This document shows positions 1 to 13,084 of a stretch of 64,000 nt of DNA, piece after piece; the stretch's first letter is position 1, and every line of letters begins with the position of its first letter. The notes under the pieces are model-generated. The model saw only the letters and a list, made by a program, of their open reading frames with translations, had not been told where the DNA came from and searched no databases. A program made the translations under genes and the position numbers. The stretch is from Mobula hypostoma (taxonomy: Eukaryota): contig NC_086108.1 of assembly GCF_963921235.1 (NCBI RefSeq), positions 98,644,001 to 98,708,000 on the forward strand. Direction: 5' to 3'.

Positions 1-749
1 TTTTGTGAGTTTGATTTTTGATGCATGTAATAAGCACCCTTGCACTATAGTGCTAAGCGACCAAAGCCATTTTTTCTTCGGTTGTAACCCGCATATCTAA
101 CAGTATGTAACCCCAAAATTGAACTATTTAAGCTATTTGCACCTCTAAGCCTTTTATTCAAGTTCCTTTTATTCAACTTATAAATGTAATTAAGGTTCAC
201 CCTTTTATACAGCACAGAAACGTGCCCGTGTCAACCGAGCCGCCAACCTGAGCGAATCCCATTTGCCCAAGTTAAGCCCACATCTCTCTAAGCCTTTCCC
301 ATCCAGGTACCTGTACAAACATCTTTGCAACATGATAATTATACCCACCTCTACTGCTTTCTCTGCCAGTTTGTTCCACATAGCCATCACAGTCTGTATA
401 AAACCTTGTCCCTCCAATCCCTTTTTAAGTCTTTTCTCTCCCACCCTAAACCCTTGCCCTTTATTTCTACACTGGGGAAAAGACTGTGACTGTTTACCTT
501 ATCAATTCCCTCATGGTTTTGCGTCAGGGTCTTAGCAGTTCCAAACATGCCATTCCTTAGATGAGAATGTTTTTCTTTGACTTTCTATTCATTTTCTGGA
601 ATGAACATGACCAGATTCAGAATCACATGGTGAAATGTATCATTTGCATTAGCAACCAGCACAACCTTAGGATGCACTGGGGGTTGCCTGCAGGTATCAT
701 CACACATTCCGGCATCAACATAGCATGTCCATGTGCTTGCAACACTGTG

Positions 750-1712
750 TGTCCGACAGAGTGATCAGCAACACTAGGGCTCCATAGGGGACTGTCTTGT
801 CTCCCTTTCTCTTCACCGTTTACACCTCGGACTTCAACTACTGCACAGAGTCTTGTCATCTTCAGAAGTTATCGGATGACTCTGCCATAGTTGGATGCAT
901 CGGCAAGGGAGATGAGGCAGAGTACAGGGCTACGGTAGGAAACTTTGTCACATGGTGTGAGCAGAATTATCTGCAGCTTAATGTGAAAAAGACTAAGGAG
1001 CTGGTGGTAGACCTGAGGAGAGCTAGGGTACCAGCGACCCCTGTTTCCATCCAGGGGGTCAGTGTGGACATGCTGGAGGATTACAAATACCTGGGGATAC
1101 GAATTGACAATAAATTGGACTGGTCAAAGAACACTGAGGCTGTCTACCAGAAGGATCAGAGCTGTCTCTATTTCCTGAGGAGACGGAGGTCCTTTAACAT
1201 CTGCTGGACAATGCTGAGGATGTTCTACGAGTCTGTGGTGGCCAGTGCGATCATGTTTGCTGTTGTGTGCTGGGCAGGCTGAGGGTAGCAGACACCAACA
1301 GAATCAACAAACTCATTCGTAAGGCCAGTGATGTTGTGGGGTTGGAACTGGACTCTGGTGATTTTTGAAAGAGAATGCTGTCCAAGTTGCATGCCATCTT
1401 GGACAATGTCTCCCATCCACTACATAATGTACTGGTTGGGCACAAGAGTACATTCAGCCAGAGATTCATTCCACCGCGATGCAACACAGAGCGTCATAGG
1501 AAGTCATTCCTGCCTATGGCCATCAAACTTTACAACTCCTCCCTTGGAGGGTCAGACACCCTGAGCCAATAAGCTGGTCCTGGACTTATTTCCTGGCATA
1601 ATTTAAATACTACTATTTAACTATTTATGGTTTTATTACTATTATTTATGGTGCAACTGTAACGAAAACCAATTTCCCCCAGGATCAATAAAGTATGACT
1701 ATGACTATGATT
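750..1712 (+). mobile_element. 5'-truncated Rex1/Babar-like non-LTR retrotransposon (RT C-terminal half plus 3' UTR)
   Basis: ORF 797-1282 has RT motifs (LSPFLFTVYT, KLSDDSAIVG, LQLNVKKTKELVVD, YKYLGI). Frameshifts further on. Ends AATAAA + (ATGACT)n tail. Confidence 0.85.
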
Positions 1713-1814
1713 ATGTCCACAAAGTTCACTGAACAACACAGCAACAGTAACAACTACAAGTTCCATTCCTCCCTCTCACCCACCCACCGAAACCCAGAAC
1801 ACTATCCCAAAGGA

Positions 1815-4800
1815 GAATGGCATGGGTGCCAGGGTCTGCGATATCTCGGATTGAGTTCTCAGTATTCTCAAGAGGAAGGGTGAGCAGCCAGATGCCGTGG
1901 TCCATGTAGGGACCAATGACGTTGGTAGGAAGAGTGAAGAGGTTCTGAAAGGTGAGTTTAGGGAGTTAGGCGCCAAATTAAAGGATAGGACCTCCAGGAT
2001 AGCAATCTCAGGATTGCTACCAGTGCTACGTGCAGGCGGGTTTAGAAATAGTAAGATAGCGCAGATCAACTTGTGGCTGAAGACATGGTGCAGGAGGGAG
2101 GGCTTCAGATTTATAGATAATTGGGCAGTTTTCCAGGAAAGATGGGATCTGTTCCAGCGGGCCGGTTTACATCTGAACTGGAGGGGGACAAATATTCTTG
2201 CAGGTAGGTTTGCTAGAAAGGCTGCAGTGGATTTAAACTAGATACTGTAAAAGGGCTGGATGGTTTGGAGTTTGTAAAATGTGTGCAGGATAGTTTTTTG
2301 CAGCAATACATAGAGGTACCTTCTAGAGAAGTCATAGTTATAGTCATAGTCATACTTTATTGATCCCGGGGAAAATTGGTTTTCGTTACAGTTGCACCAT
2401 AAATAATAAATAGTAATAAAACTATAAATAGTTAAATAGTAATATGTAAATTATGCCAGGAAATAAGTCCAGGACCAGCCTATTGGCTCAGGGTGTCTGA
2501 CCCTCCAAGGGAGGAGTTGTAAAGTTTGATGGCCACAGGCAGGAATGACTTCCTATGACGCTCTGTGTTGCATCGCGGTGGAATGAATCTCTGGCTGAAT
2601 GTACTCTTGTGCCCAACCAGTACATTATGTAGTGGATGGGAGACATTGTCCAAGATGACATGCAACTTGGACAGCATCCTCTTTTCAGACACCACTGTCA
2701 GAGAGTCCAGTTCCATCCCCACAACATCACTGGCCTTATGAATGAGTTTGTTGATTCTGTTGGTGTCTGCTACCCTCAGCCTGCTGCCCCAGCACACAAC
2801 AGGAAACATGATAGCACTGGCCACCACAGACTCGTAGAACAGTGTTGGATCTCCTGTTAGGGAATGAGATAGGTCAGCTGACGGAGGTTTGTACTGGGGA
2901 GCAGTTCGGGTCCAGTGATCACAATGCCATTAGTTTCAATATAATTATGGAGAAGGATAGTACTGGTCCCGGGGTTGAGATTTTTGATTGGAGAAAGGCT
3001 AACTTTAAGGAGATGAAAAAGGATTTAGAAGGAGTGGATTGGGACAATTTGTTTTTTGGGAAGGATGTAATAGAGAAATGGAGGTCATTTAAAGGTGAAA
3101 TTTTGAGGGAATCTTTATGTTCCTTTTAGGTTGAAAGGAAAGGTTAAAAGTTTGAGAGAGCCATGGTTTTCAGGGGGTATTGGAAACTTGATTCAGAAAA
3201 AGAGAGATATCTACAATAAGTATAGGCAGCATGGAGTAAATGAGGTGCTCGAGAAATATAAAGAATGTAAAAAGAATCTTAAGAAAGAAATTAGAACAAC
3301 TAGAAGAAGATACAAGGTTGCTTTGGCAAGTAAGATGAAAATAAATCCAAAGGGTTTCTACAGTTATATTAATAGCAAAAGGATAGTGAGGGATAAAATT
3401 GGTCCCTTAGAGAATCAGAGTGAACAGCTATGGGTGGAGCCAAAAGAGATGGGGGAGATTTTAAACAATTTCTTTTCTTCGGTATTCACTGAGGAGAAGG
3501 ATATTGAATTGTATAAGGTAAAGGAAACAGATAGGGAAGTTATGGAAACTATGATGATTAAAGAAGAGCAAGTACTGGCACTTTTAAGGAATATAAAAGT
3601 GGATAAGTCTCCGGGTCCTGACAGGATATTCCCTAGGACCTTGAGGGAAGCTAGTGTAGAAGTAGCAGGGGCTCTGACAGAAATATTTCAAATGTCATTA
3701 GAAACATGGATGGTGCCGGAGGATTGGCGTGTTGCTCATGTTGTTCCATTGTTTAAAAAGGGTTCTAAGAGTAAACCTAGCAATAATCGGCCTGTAAGTT
3801 TGACGTCAGTGGTGGGTAAATTGATGTAAGGTATTCTTAGAGATGATATATATAATTATCTGGATAGATAGGGTCTGATTAGGAACAGTCAACATGGATT
3901 TGTGCGTGGAAGGTCATGTTTGACAAATCTTACTGAATTTTTTGCAGAGGTTACTAGGAAAGTTGACGAGGGTAAAACGGTGGATGTTGTCTATATGGAC
4001 TTCAGTAAGGCCTCTGACAAGGTTCCACATGGAAGGTTAGTTAGGAAGGTTCAATCGTTAGGTATTAATATTGAAGTAGTAAAATGGATTCAGCAGTGGC
4101 TGGATGGGAGATGCCAGAGAGTAGTGGTGGATAACTGTTTGTCAGATTGTAGACAGGTGACTAGTGGTGTGCCTCAGGGATCTGTAGTGGGTCCAATGTT
4201 ATTTGTCATATACATTAATGATCTGGATGATGGGGTGGTACATTGGATTAGTAAGTATGCAGATGATACTAAGATAGGTGGAGTTGTGGATAATGAAGTA
4301 GGTTTTCAAAGCTTGCAGAGAGATTTAGGCCAGTTAGAAGAGTGGGCTGAAAGATGGCAGATGGAGTTTACTGCTGATAAATGTGAGGTGCTACATTTTG
4401 GTAGGACTAATCAAAATAGGACATACGTGGTAAATGGTAGGGCATTGAAGAATGCAGTAGAACAGAGGGATCTAGGAATAATGGTGCATAGTTCCCTGAA
4501 GGTGGAATCTCATGTGGATAGGGTGGTGAAGAAAGCTTTTGGTATGCTGGTCTTTATAAATCAAAGCATTGAGTATAGGAGTTGGGATGTAATGTTGAAA
4601 TTGTACAAGGCATTGGTAAGGCCAAATTTGGTGTATCGTGTACAGTTCTGGTTACCGAATTATAGAAAAGATATCAACAAAATAGAGAGAGTACAGAGAA
4701 GGTTTACTAGAATGTTACCTGGGTTTCATCACCTAAGTTACAGAGAAAGGTTGAACAAGTTGGGTCTTTGTTCTTTGGAGTGTAGAAGGTTGAGGGGGGA

Positions 4801-5020
4801 CATGATAGAGGTATTTAAAATTATGAGGGGGATAGATAGAGTTGACGTGGATAGGCTTTTTCCATTGAGAGTAGGGGAGATTCAAACAAGAGGACATGAA
4901 AGGACAGGATAGGAATGGAAGGTTATGGGCTGAGTGCAGGTCGGTGGGACTAGGTGAGATTAAGAGTTCGGCACGGACTCGAAGGGCTGAGATGGCCTGT
5001 TTCCATGCTGTAATTGTTAT
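1815..5020 (+). mobile_element. CR1-clade LINE, degraded: ORF1 esterase C-terminus, internal deletion, then ORF2 endonuclease end and RT
   Basis: VHVGTNDVG...GLHLNWRG (SGNH esterase-like ORF1); SSDHNAI; KSPGPDRIFP; GVPQGSVVGP; YADD. Stops and frameshifts present. Interrupted at 2331-2841. Confidence 0.92.
2331..2841 (-). mobile_element. Rex1-like 3' fragment inserted antisense inside the CR1
   Basis: Reverse complement of the 3' part of the 750-1712 element (…SSLGGSDTLSQ, ATGACT tail). CR1 sequence resumes at about 2841. Confidence 0.9.
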
Positions 5021-6571
5021 ATGGGATGTGCGGGAACACCACCACCTACAGGTTCTTCTCCAGGCCACACACCATCCGATTTGGGAACTTATAACAAGAG
5101 CAATTAGGGCTGGGCGGTAAAAACTGACCTTAGTGGTCAGTGATACTGAACAGTCCGTGTGGGTGGGTGAGAAGAGCTCCCTGTGCTGTAATAAGACTAT
5201 TAAATGGTTTCGTAGTACAATAAAATGGATTTTTGACCTCACAATCTACCTTGTTATGATCTTGCACCTTTTTGTTTACCTGCACTGCACTTTCTCTTTG
5301 GCTTTTACTCTTTATTCTGCACTGTTATTGTTTTACCTTGTACTACCTCAATGCTGTCCCAGATTGGACATGACAAACCCCTTCACCACAGGTACCACCC
5401 CTCCCTGGATACCCGTTATACCAGCATCATACATCACTGAAGGTTCCCATTGCACATTTACCTCTCACCTGTGGCTCCAGCAGCTGTTTGCATGAGGCAG
5501 CAGCCACACCGCTTCAACAGGCGGGCTAGTCCTGGTGAGAGTGGCCAGCAGGCCTCATACCCCGGTGAGATGGGGACATGCGACCCCCTAGCTTGCCAAG
5601 TCAGCTCTGGCAGACTGGTTGCATGAGATCTACAGTGAGATCCAAGGGCCTGGAAGGCAGTACTATAACGCTCTGTGGAGAGTGAAAGGCATGATGAGGT
5701 GCAGAAGAAGTTTAGGTCATTCAGTGCAACCAGGGAAGATCCCAGTTCTGATGACCACGCGTACCACTAGACCCAGACTTGCAAATTTGAGATAGTGGAA
5801 CTGCCCCAGTGCAATGGCTTTTCCACCATAAAAATTCTCCCGCACAGGTTTCCTGTTATCGTCGGATATGACGGACAACCGCTGCCTCCATGAACAGTGT
5901 AATGATCTGATCTGTATGAACAGTGTGCAAGGCAAGCTTTTCACTGCATCTCAGTACATAAAGATAAAGATTCGTTTTAGCTTTATTTATCACATGTACA
6001 TCGAAATATCAAAAGATACAGTCAATGACCAACACTGTCCGAGGATTGTTCAGAGGGTAGCCCGTGAGTGTCACTGTGCTTCTGGTGCCAACGTTGCATA
6101 CCCACAGGTTACCACCCTAACCCGTATGCCTTTGCAATGTGGGAAAAAACTAGAGCACCCAGAGGAAACCCACATGGTCATGGGGAGAATGTACAAACTC
6201 ACAGATAGCAGTGGAAATTGAACCCCGATTGCAATTGCTCGCGCTGTAAAATGTTACATGAACCGCTGTGCTGTAATGCCATGTGACAGTAACAAACCAG
6301 TTTCAATAATTGACCACTCTGCAAGGGGAAAATCATAGCAACGGCTCCCATGATTTTGTCGAGCTCAATTAAATCTAATTCTAACAAGAGTAGTCTACTA
6401 GTGTCTCCTCATAATTATAATTCTGCAGTCCTAGAAATGTAATTTAAATATTTCTATTATCATATACCCATGACATTGAACTCAATGAATAAGTAAATAC
6501 TAATGCTGAAGGTGTCCAGAGCAAGAGAGGAAATAATTGATACTGGGGCAGGGTGAGCGTAACTGTCTATG

Positions 6572-6952
6572 TCATCATCATCATCATCATTATGTGCCGT
6601 GTCGTATGATGTGGGTGATCATGGTCTCATGACCACGATTGTTCTTGTCAAATTTTTCTACAGAAGTGGTTTGCCATTGCTTCTGGGCAGTGTCTTTACA
6701 AGATGGGTGACCCCAACCATTATCAATACTCTTCAGAAATTGTCTGCCTGGTGTCAGTGGTCACGTAACCAGGACTTGTGATACGTACCAGCTGCTGCTA
6801 TGGCCATCCACCACCTATTGCCATGGTCGGGTGGGGGCTGATGGCGGTGCTAAGCAGGTGCTACACCTTGCCCAAGGGTGACCTGCAGGCTGGCAGAGGG
6901 AAGGAGAGCCTTACACCTCCTTTGATAGAGACTTATCTCCTGCCTGACACCC
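6572..6952 (-). mobile_element. Short non-autonomous RTE-related element with (GAT)n tail
   Basis: Homologous to 21818-22217 (+) and 40067-40423 (-). Contains an AATGGCAAACCACTTC motif resembling RTE/Bov-A 5' sequence (family assignment from memory). Confidence 0.6.
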
Positions 6953-7468
6953 TAATTATGCATTTAGTTTTTTTTAAAGGAAACCAAATTTGCAACCAGA
7001 CTGATCTCCCTGGACTCATCAGACTTGGAGTAGATCTTTGAATGAATGGTGTGTGTCTTGAGCAAATCAATGAAGGAAGCTTAGAAGTCTTTCTACTTGC
7101 CAAAGGGGCCCTTCAGTCTCTGTTCAGTGTGCGTACTCCATGATCAAGGGGCACTTGTGGAAGTGAGTTTGTTGTGGGATAAATTTGTCATTATTTTCAG
7201 AACATAAGATCATGAGAAACTGCAGTAGACAGCCCCTCAGGCCTGCTCCACCATTCAGGAAGATCATGGCTTGTCCACAGTTTATCTGCCACTTATATGA
7301 TGCCATGTGCCTGTGATGCCACTGCAGTTTTTCATTGCACTGGCGCCTACTTGTACCTGTGCAAATGACAATAAACTGGACTTGGACGTTGACTTTGATC
7401 TTTTGCCCAAAGCTCCAAAGTAACACTACGCGCTCCAATAAACCAACCCAAGAACATTCAACCAAAGT

Positions 7469-7745
7469 AGGGCGCCACGGTAGTGTAGTGGTTAGCGCAA
7501 CACTTTACAGTACAGGGACCCATGTTCATTTCCCGCCGCTGCCTGTCAGGAGTTCTTCCTGTGACCACGTGGGTTTCCTCCAGGTGCTCTAGTTTCCTCC
7601 CACAGTCAAAAAAAGTACCAGTTGGTAGGTTAATTGGTCATAGTAAATTGTCCCATGGTTAGGCTTGGATTAAATCGGGGGATTGCTGTGTGGACTGGCT
7701 CAAAGGGCCAGAAGGACCTACTCCATCCTGTATATCAGTAAAAAA
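7469..7745 (+). mobile_element. tRNA-derived SINE (V-SINE/HE1-like)
   Basis: A-box-like TAGTGTAGTGG, central GTGGGTTTCCTCCAGGTGCTCTAGTTTCCTCCCAC core. Related copies near 28255, 30949 and 42660. Confidence 0.7.
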
Positions 7746-8189
7746 ACAATGCTACATTCTGAGGACAATGCCTGGGATTTCAGTCAGATTTCTGCAAAAT
7801 GAGTGTCAGAAATGTTTGTGAAATAGCAACAGTTGATCACTTATAGCATTTCTGTGGTATTTCACATTAGAAAAACACCACAGAAATTCTCTTTTAAACC
7901 CCTGTAAGATGATGGCAAGTCGATGCATAATTACCTACATCCATGGAAAAGTTGCTCCCTCAGCCCCTTCAGGCCTGTAGAGAACGTGAACCAATAGGAT
8001 AATCTGCCCTCACTTGAAGAATTTTTTTGCAAAAGGCATATTCCTACTTCCAAAGCTTGAGGCAGGAAGGGCAAGGGAAATGGAAAGTGCTGGTCAGAAT
8101 TGATCTTCCTTTCAAGAAGAGATGGGTCAGGACAGGGTTTGGGAATCTTTGGGGGGAATGGAAATAGGAGAGAAGTCCAACTGGAAAGT

Positions 8190-8640
8190 AGCAGCTATAA
8201 GCTGAGGCTTTATAAGGCATTGGTCAAACCACACGGGAGTATTGAGAGCAATTTTGGGCCCCTGATCACAGAAAGGATGTGCTGACATTGGAGAGGGTCC
8301 AGAGGACGTTCACTAGAATGGTACTGGGAATGAATGAAGCATTTGATGGCTCCGGGTATGTACTCACTGGAGTTCAAAAGAGTGAAGCAGTGATCTCATT
8401 GAAATCTATTGAATATTGAAAGGCCTGGATAGAATGGGTGTTTCTTATGTTGGGGGAGTCTGGGACTAGAGGACACAGCCTCAGAATAGAAAGAATGTCC
8501 CTTTAGAATGGAGATGAGGAGGAATTTCTTTAGCCAGAGATTGGTGAATCTGTGAAACTCATTGCCATTGAAGGCTCTGGAGGCCAAGTCATTGGGTGCA
8601 TTCAAAGCGGAGGTTGATAGGTTCTTAATTAGTAAGAGTG
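8190..8640 (+). mobile_element. Degraded CR1 3' fragment
   Basis: LRLYKALVKPH and downstream CR1 ORF2 C-terminal sequence. Confidence 0.75.
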
Positions 8641-9325
8641 TCAGATATTTATATAAATTTATTAAATAAGTAGTGCAAAAAGAGAGAAGAAAAATATAAA
8701 AAATAGTGTGGTAATATACATGGGAATATTGTCTATTCAGAAATCCAATGACAGTGGTGAAGAACATGTTTCTAAACATTTGAGTGTGTGTCTTCAGGCT
8801 CCTGTACCACTTCCTTGGATCAGCCATGATTGAATGGTGGAGCAGTCTCAATGGGACAAATAGTTTAATTCTGTTATGTGTTTTATGTCTTATGTCTTCC
8901 GTATTTAGATAGGTTCAGTCCATGTCTTCTAACATCTACGATTTTGAGCTCAGCTGCCAATACTTGTACAAGTGGTGAAATCTTCCTGGCTCCTCTGGAA
9001 CTCAAACAACAGTCTCAGCCAGATTTACTGGAGTCCAATAATATCCGTTTATTTCCCCTAAATTGTGGATCGAGTTACTTGCTGAACCAATGTAATTTCA
9101 TGGTTTTATCTGCTAGGAAATGGAAATTCTTTGTCAGCCCGTTTTAATCAGTATTTTTTCCTATTGCAGGAGAAAAGGGTTCCTGTATGAGTAATTGGCT
9201 TTTATTTCATTGCTTGCTGTTCGCTTTGTATTGCTCCTGCTGGTTTTCTCTGAAGCTATTTTGCTCATTTCATTATTGCATTTACTAAGATCTCTGGAGG
9301 AAGTATGTTTCTTCTTTCTGTTCAG

Positions 9326-9457
9326 AGGCCAGCGAAAGTTGAAGGGGATGTGAGTGACAGTGGTGACTGGACTCTCGACCAAGATGAACTTGCCAGTAAA
9401 TTTAATTGCCGGACTAAAGCAATTATCATTAACACACCCAATAACCCATTGGGTAAG
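9326..9457 (+). CDS. KYAT3: Kynurenine aminotransferase (KYAT3-like), internal exon 1 of 6 in window
   Basis: ttcAG|…|GTaagt; 132 nt, phase 0/0; RPAKVEGDVSDSGDWTLDQDELASKFNCRTKAIIINTPNNPLGK (class I aminotransferase NTPNNPxG motif). Confidence 0.93.
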
Positions 9458-9563
9458 GTAAGTCTCTGAAATCAAACCCTTTTTGCTTTTTGAAGTTTTA
9501 GGTACCAAATATTAGACTGCCAGATGTGTAAAAGAAATCTACCTGTTAGTCTATGTAACCTAG

Positions 9564-10302
9564 CAGCGGTCCCTAACCACCGGGCCGCAAAGCATGTGCT
9601 ACCGGGCCGTGAGGAAACGATATGAGCCAGCTGCACCTTCCCTCATTCCCTGTCACGCACTGTTGAACTTGAACATAGGGTTGCCAACTGTCCCGTATAT
9701 TGGGCTAAATTGGTTTGTCCCACACGGGACCGCCTTTGTCCCGCATTTCCCCCGCTAAGGTAGAGCGTTCCTATGAAACCTTTCGTGCCGAAATGGCGTA
9801 AAGTGAAGAGGCAATTACCATTAATTTATGTGGAAAAAATTTTTGAGTGTTCCCAGAGCCAAAAAATAACCTACCAAATCATAACAAATAACACATAAAA
9901 CTGAAAAAACACTAACATATAGTAAAAGCAGGAATGATATGATAAATACACAGCCTATATAAAGTAGAAATAATGTATGTACAGTATAGTCGGGAAGATT
10001 AAGCCAACACCGATTTGTGGAAAAAAATCGGCACGTATGTTCATGCGCACACAGTTGCCCACGCAAGGCTTCATGGTCATGGTAGTCTTTTTTGGGGTAA
10101 AAGCAAGTGTCCTGGGATTTGACTGCTGCTTTTGTCCCTTATTTGGGAGTGAGAAAGTTGGCAACCCTAACTGTAAAAGACATGTTGGGGTGAGTTTAAC
10201 CCTGCTTGGACACCACCCCCCCCCCCCCACCGGTCAGCCGGTCTGCAAGAATATTGTCAATATTAAACCGGTCCGTGGTGCAAAAAAGGTTGGGGACCCC
10301 TG
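9564..10302. mobile_element. hAT (Charlie-like) non-autonomous element with an inner TAGGGTTGCCAACT-ended unit (9676-10169)
   Basis: Outer TIRs CAGCGGTCCCTAACC / GGTTGGGGACCCCTG; inner perfect inverted TAGGGTTGCCAACT / AGTTGGCAACCCTA. TSD imperfect. Confidence 0.7.
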
Positions 10303-10317
10303 ACCTATGGACTCATG

Positions 10318-10952
10318 GAAACATAGAAAACCTACAGCACAATACAGGACCCTTGGCCCCCAAAAGCTGTGCCAAACATGTCCTTACTTTAGAAGTACCT
10401 AGGCTTACCCATAGCCCTCTATTTTTCTAAGCTGCATGTATCCGTCCAGGATTCTATTAAAAGACCCTATCGTTTCCGCCTCCACCACCGCCACTGACAG
10501 CCCATTCCACCTCTCACCACTCTCTGCTTTTTTAAAAAAAAAATTACCCCTGACATCTCCCCTGTACCTACTTCCAAGCACCTTAAAACTACGCCCTCCC
10601 ATGCTAGCTATTTCAGCCCTGGGTAAAAGCCTCTGACTATCCAAACAATCAATGCCTCTCATTATCTTGTACACCTCGATCCGGTCACCTCTCATCCTTC
10701 ATCACTCCAAGGAGAAAAGGCCGAGTTCACTCAACCCATTCTCATAAGTCATGCTCCTCAATCCAGGCAACATCCTTGTAAATCTCCTCTGCACCCTTTC
10801 TATGGCTTCCACATCCTTCCTGTAGTGAGGCAACCAGAACTGAGCACAGTACTCCAAGTGGGGTCTGACCATGGTCCTATATAGCTGCAACATTACCTCT
10901 CGGCTCTTAAACTCAATCCCACGATTGATGAAGGCCAATGCACCGTATGCCT
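10318..10952 (-). mobile_element. CR1 3' fragment, same subfamily as 44144-48347
   Basis: ORFs 10702-10938 and 10405-10695 match the C-terminus of the 549-aa CR1 ORF2. Confidence 0.9.
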
Positions 10953-12128
10953 TTCATTATTCTCAATTTCAAGGACTCTACAATTCAATGTTATGAATAT
11001 TATTTATTACTTATTTATCATTATTTCTCTTTTGTATTTGCAGTTTGTCTTTTGCACATTTCAGTTGTTTGTCAGTCTAAGTTTGTGTATCGTTTTTCAT
11101 TGATTATATCGTATTTCTTTGTATGTACTGTGAATGTCTGTAAGAAAATGAATCCTGCAGTTGTACATGGTGATATATATGTACTTTGATAATAAATTTC
11201 CTTTGAACTTTGAGCCACAACGAAGAGCTTTAGGAAGGTTAAATCCTGAGTGGGCAGCCAAAATATATTAATGCTCATACAATGGAAGACATTGTACAGC
11301 TTATGGAATATTATGTGGGTGCCTTTTTATTTTAAAGTATAAATGCTACCTATAGCTGCTGCTGCTTCAGTATGGAACTGTAAAGAACCAGATATGTTTC
11401 AGTCTAGTTCTGAGAAATGGTCTATTTAATCAGAAATCGAATTGGGTTTATTATCACTTATGAAAGTTGTTGCGGTAGTACCGTAATTACAATAGGTTAC
11501 AGCAATAAAAAAGTGCAAAGAAGGAAACACAAGATAGTGTTCGTAAGTTCATAGACTGTTTGGAAATCTGATGGCAGAGGGGGAAGAAACTGATTGTGGG
11601 TCTTGGGGCTCCTGTGCCTCCTCCTTGATGGTAGTAATGAGAAGAGGGCATGTCCCAGTGGTGAGGGTCCTTCGTGATGGATGCTGCCTTTGGAAGATGT
11701 TTTTGATGGTGGGGAGGCCTGTGCCCCTGGTGAAGCTGGCTGAGTCTACAACCCTCTGCAACCTCTTTCAATCCTGTGCGTTGGAAGCTCCATCCCCGGT
11801 GTTGATGGGATCAGACAGAGTGCTCCACCCATACATCTGTAGTAATTAGCCGGAGACTTCAACGACATACCACATCTCCTCCTATGACTGACGAGAGAGT
11901 AGAGCAGTTGGGTGCACCATTGTTGATTGTCAGCATGGAGGAGATGCCATTACTGATCCACACTGACTGTAGTATAACAACGAGGAGGTCAAGAATCCAG
12001 CTACAGGGGGGGAGGTTTAAGCCCAGTTATTAATACCCACACCCAGCAAAATGAATTAACAGTAAGAAAAAGATCAACCAAATGCAATCCAGAAGATTGC
12101 TTCATTTTGTAACTTACGATTTGTTTAG

Positions 12129-12249
12129 GTATTTAAGCCGGAAGAGCTGAAGGTGATCGCTGACCTGTGCATTAAACATGATGTCCTCTGCATCAGTGAT
12201 GAAGTGTATGAGTGGCTCGTGTACAGCGGACATCAGCACGTAAAAATAG
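12129..12249 (+). CDS. KYAT3: KYAT3-like internal exon 2 of 6
   Basis: tttAG|…|GTaac; 121 nt, phase 0/1; VFKPEELKVIADLCIKHDVLCISDEVYEWLVYSGHQHVKI (DEVY PLP-binding motif). Confidence 0.95.
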
Positions 12250-12694
12250 GTAACATTGAGTCTGTGAATCTCTGGGGAAGCTGAGGGCCCAGTGACTGTG
12301 AATCCAGGAGTCCACTAGAGTCTGAAGGCCGAAGACATATCCTGGGGTTAGGGTACTGTGTATGAGAGGGGGTGGGAGGGAAGAATGGAGGTTTGTTTTG
12401 CTTTTGTTGCTTTGTCACGTGTTGTGTTCTGTTTTGTATGTCGAGCATGATGGGCATTGTGTGTTGGTGTTGGAATGGGTGTTTCCCCCCACTTCATCCT
12501 CGGGCATGTTGGTTGTTAATGCAAGCAACACATTTCACTGGTATTTTTTGATGTACATGTGATAAATAAATCTGAAATCTGTTAACATTTCAGGACCAAT
12601 CTGGGAATGATGGAAAACGAATAGTATAGGAAGTGTGAGTTTGAATACGAAGGAAATAATCGGATAGAAACAAGTTAATTAACGTGGCAGTTAA

Positions 12695-12855
12695 GTAGCC
12701 ATCAGGTCCAGGGACATCGGTGGACATCGGTAGCCATCAGGGCCAGAGACGTGAGTGGCCATTAGGGCCAGAGACATTGGTAGCCATTAGGGCCAGAGAC
12801 GTGAGTGGCCATCAGGGCCAGAGACATTGGTAGCCATTAGGGCCAGAGACATGAG
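12695..12855. repeat. 25-bp tandem repeat, about 6 units, alternating two variants
   Basis: GT(A/G)GCCAT(C/T)AGGGCCAGAGAC followed by ATTG or GTGA. Confidence 0.9.
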
Positions 12856-13084
12856 CTTTTGCTGGGATGTGGATTATTTTCCCAATTACAGATACAAATG
12901 ACGTTGTTTTCCCTTTGGTCTGGGTCAGCAGGAATGTGAGAATCCATGAACTGCTTCTATGCCCTTGTGTTATTTCTCCGAATGGACACCCAGATCAGCC
13001 AGAGTACCCTCAGATCACATTTTTAAGTCAAGGATGTAGTCTTGATGTCCTTGTTCCTGTTTAAGGGATAAGGATGTAGACTGT

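Noticed and set aside
9150..9200. Strong-looking acceptor TTTTTTCCTATTGCAG upstream of the first exon
   Set aside because: The following sequence has no KYAT similarity and no supported donor.
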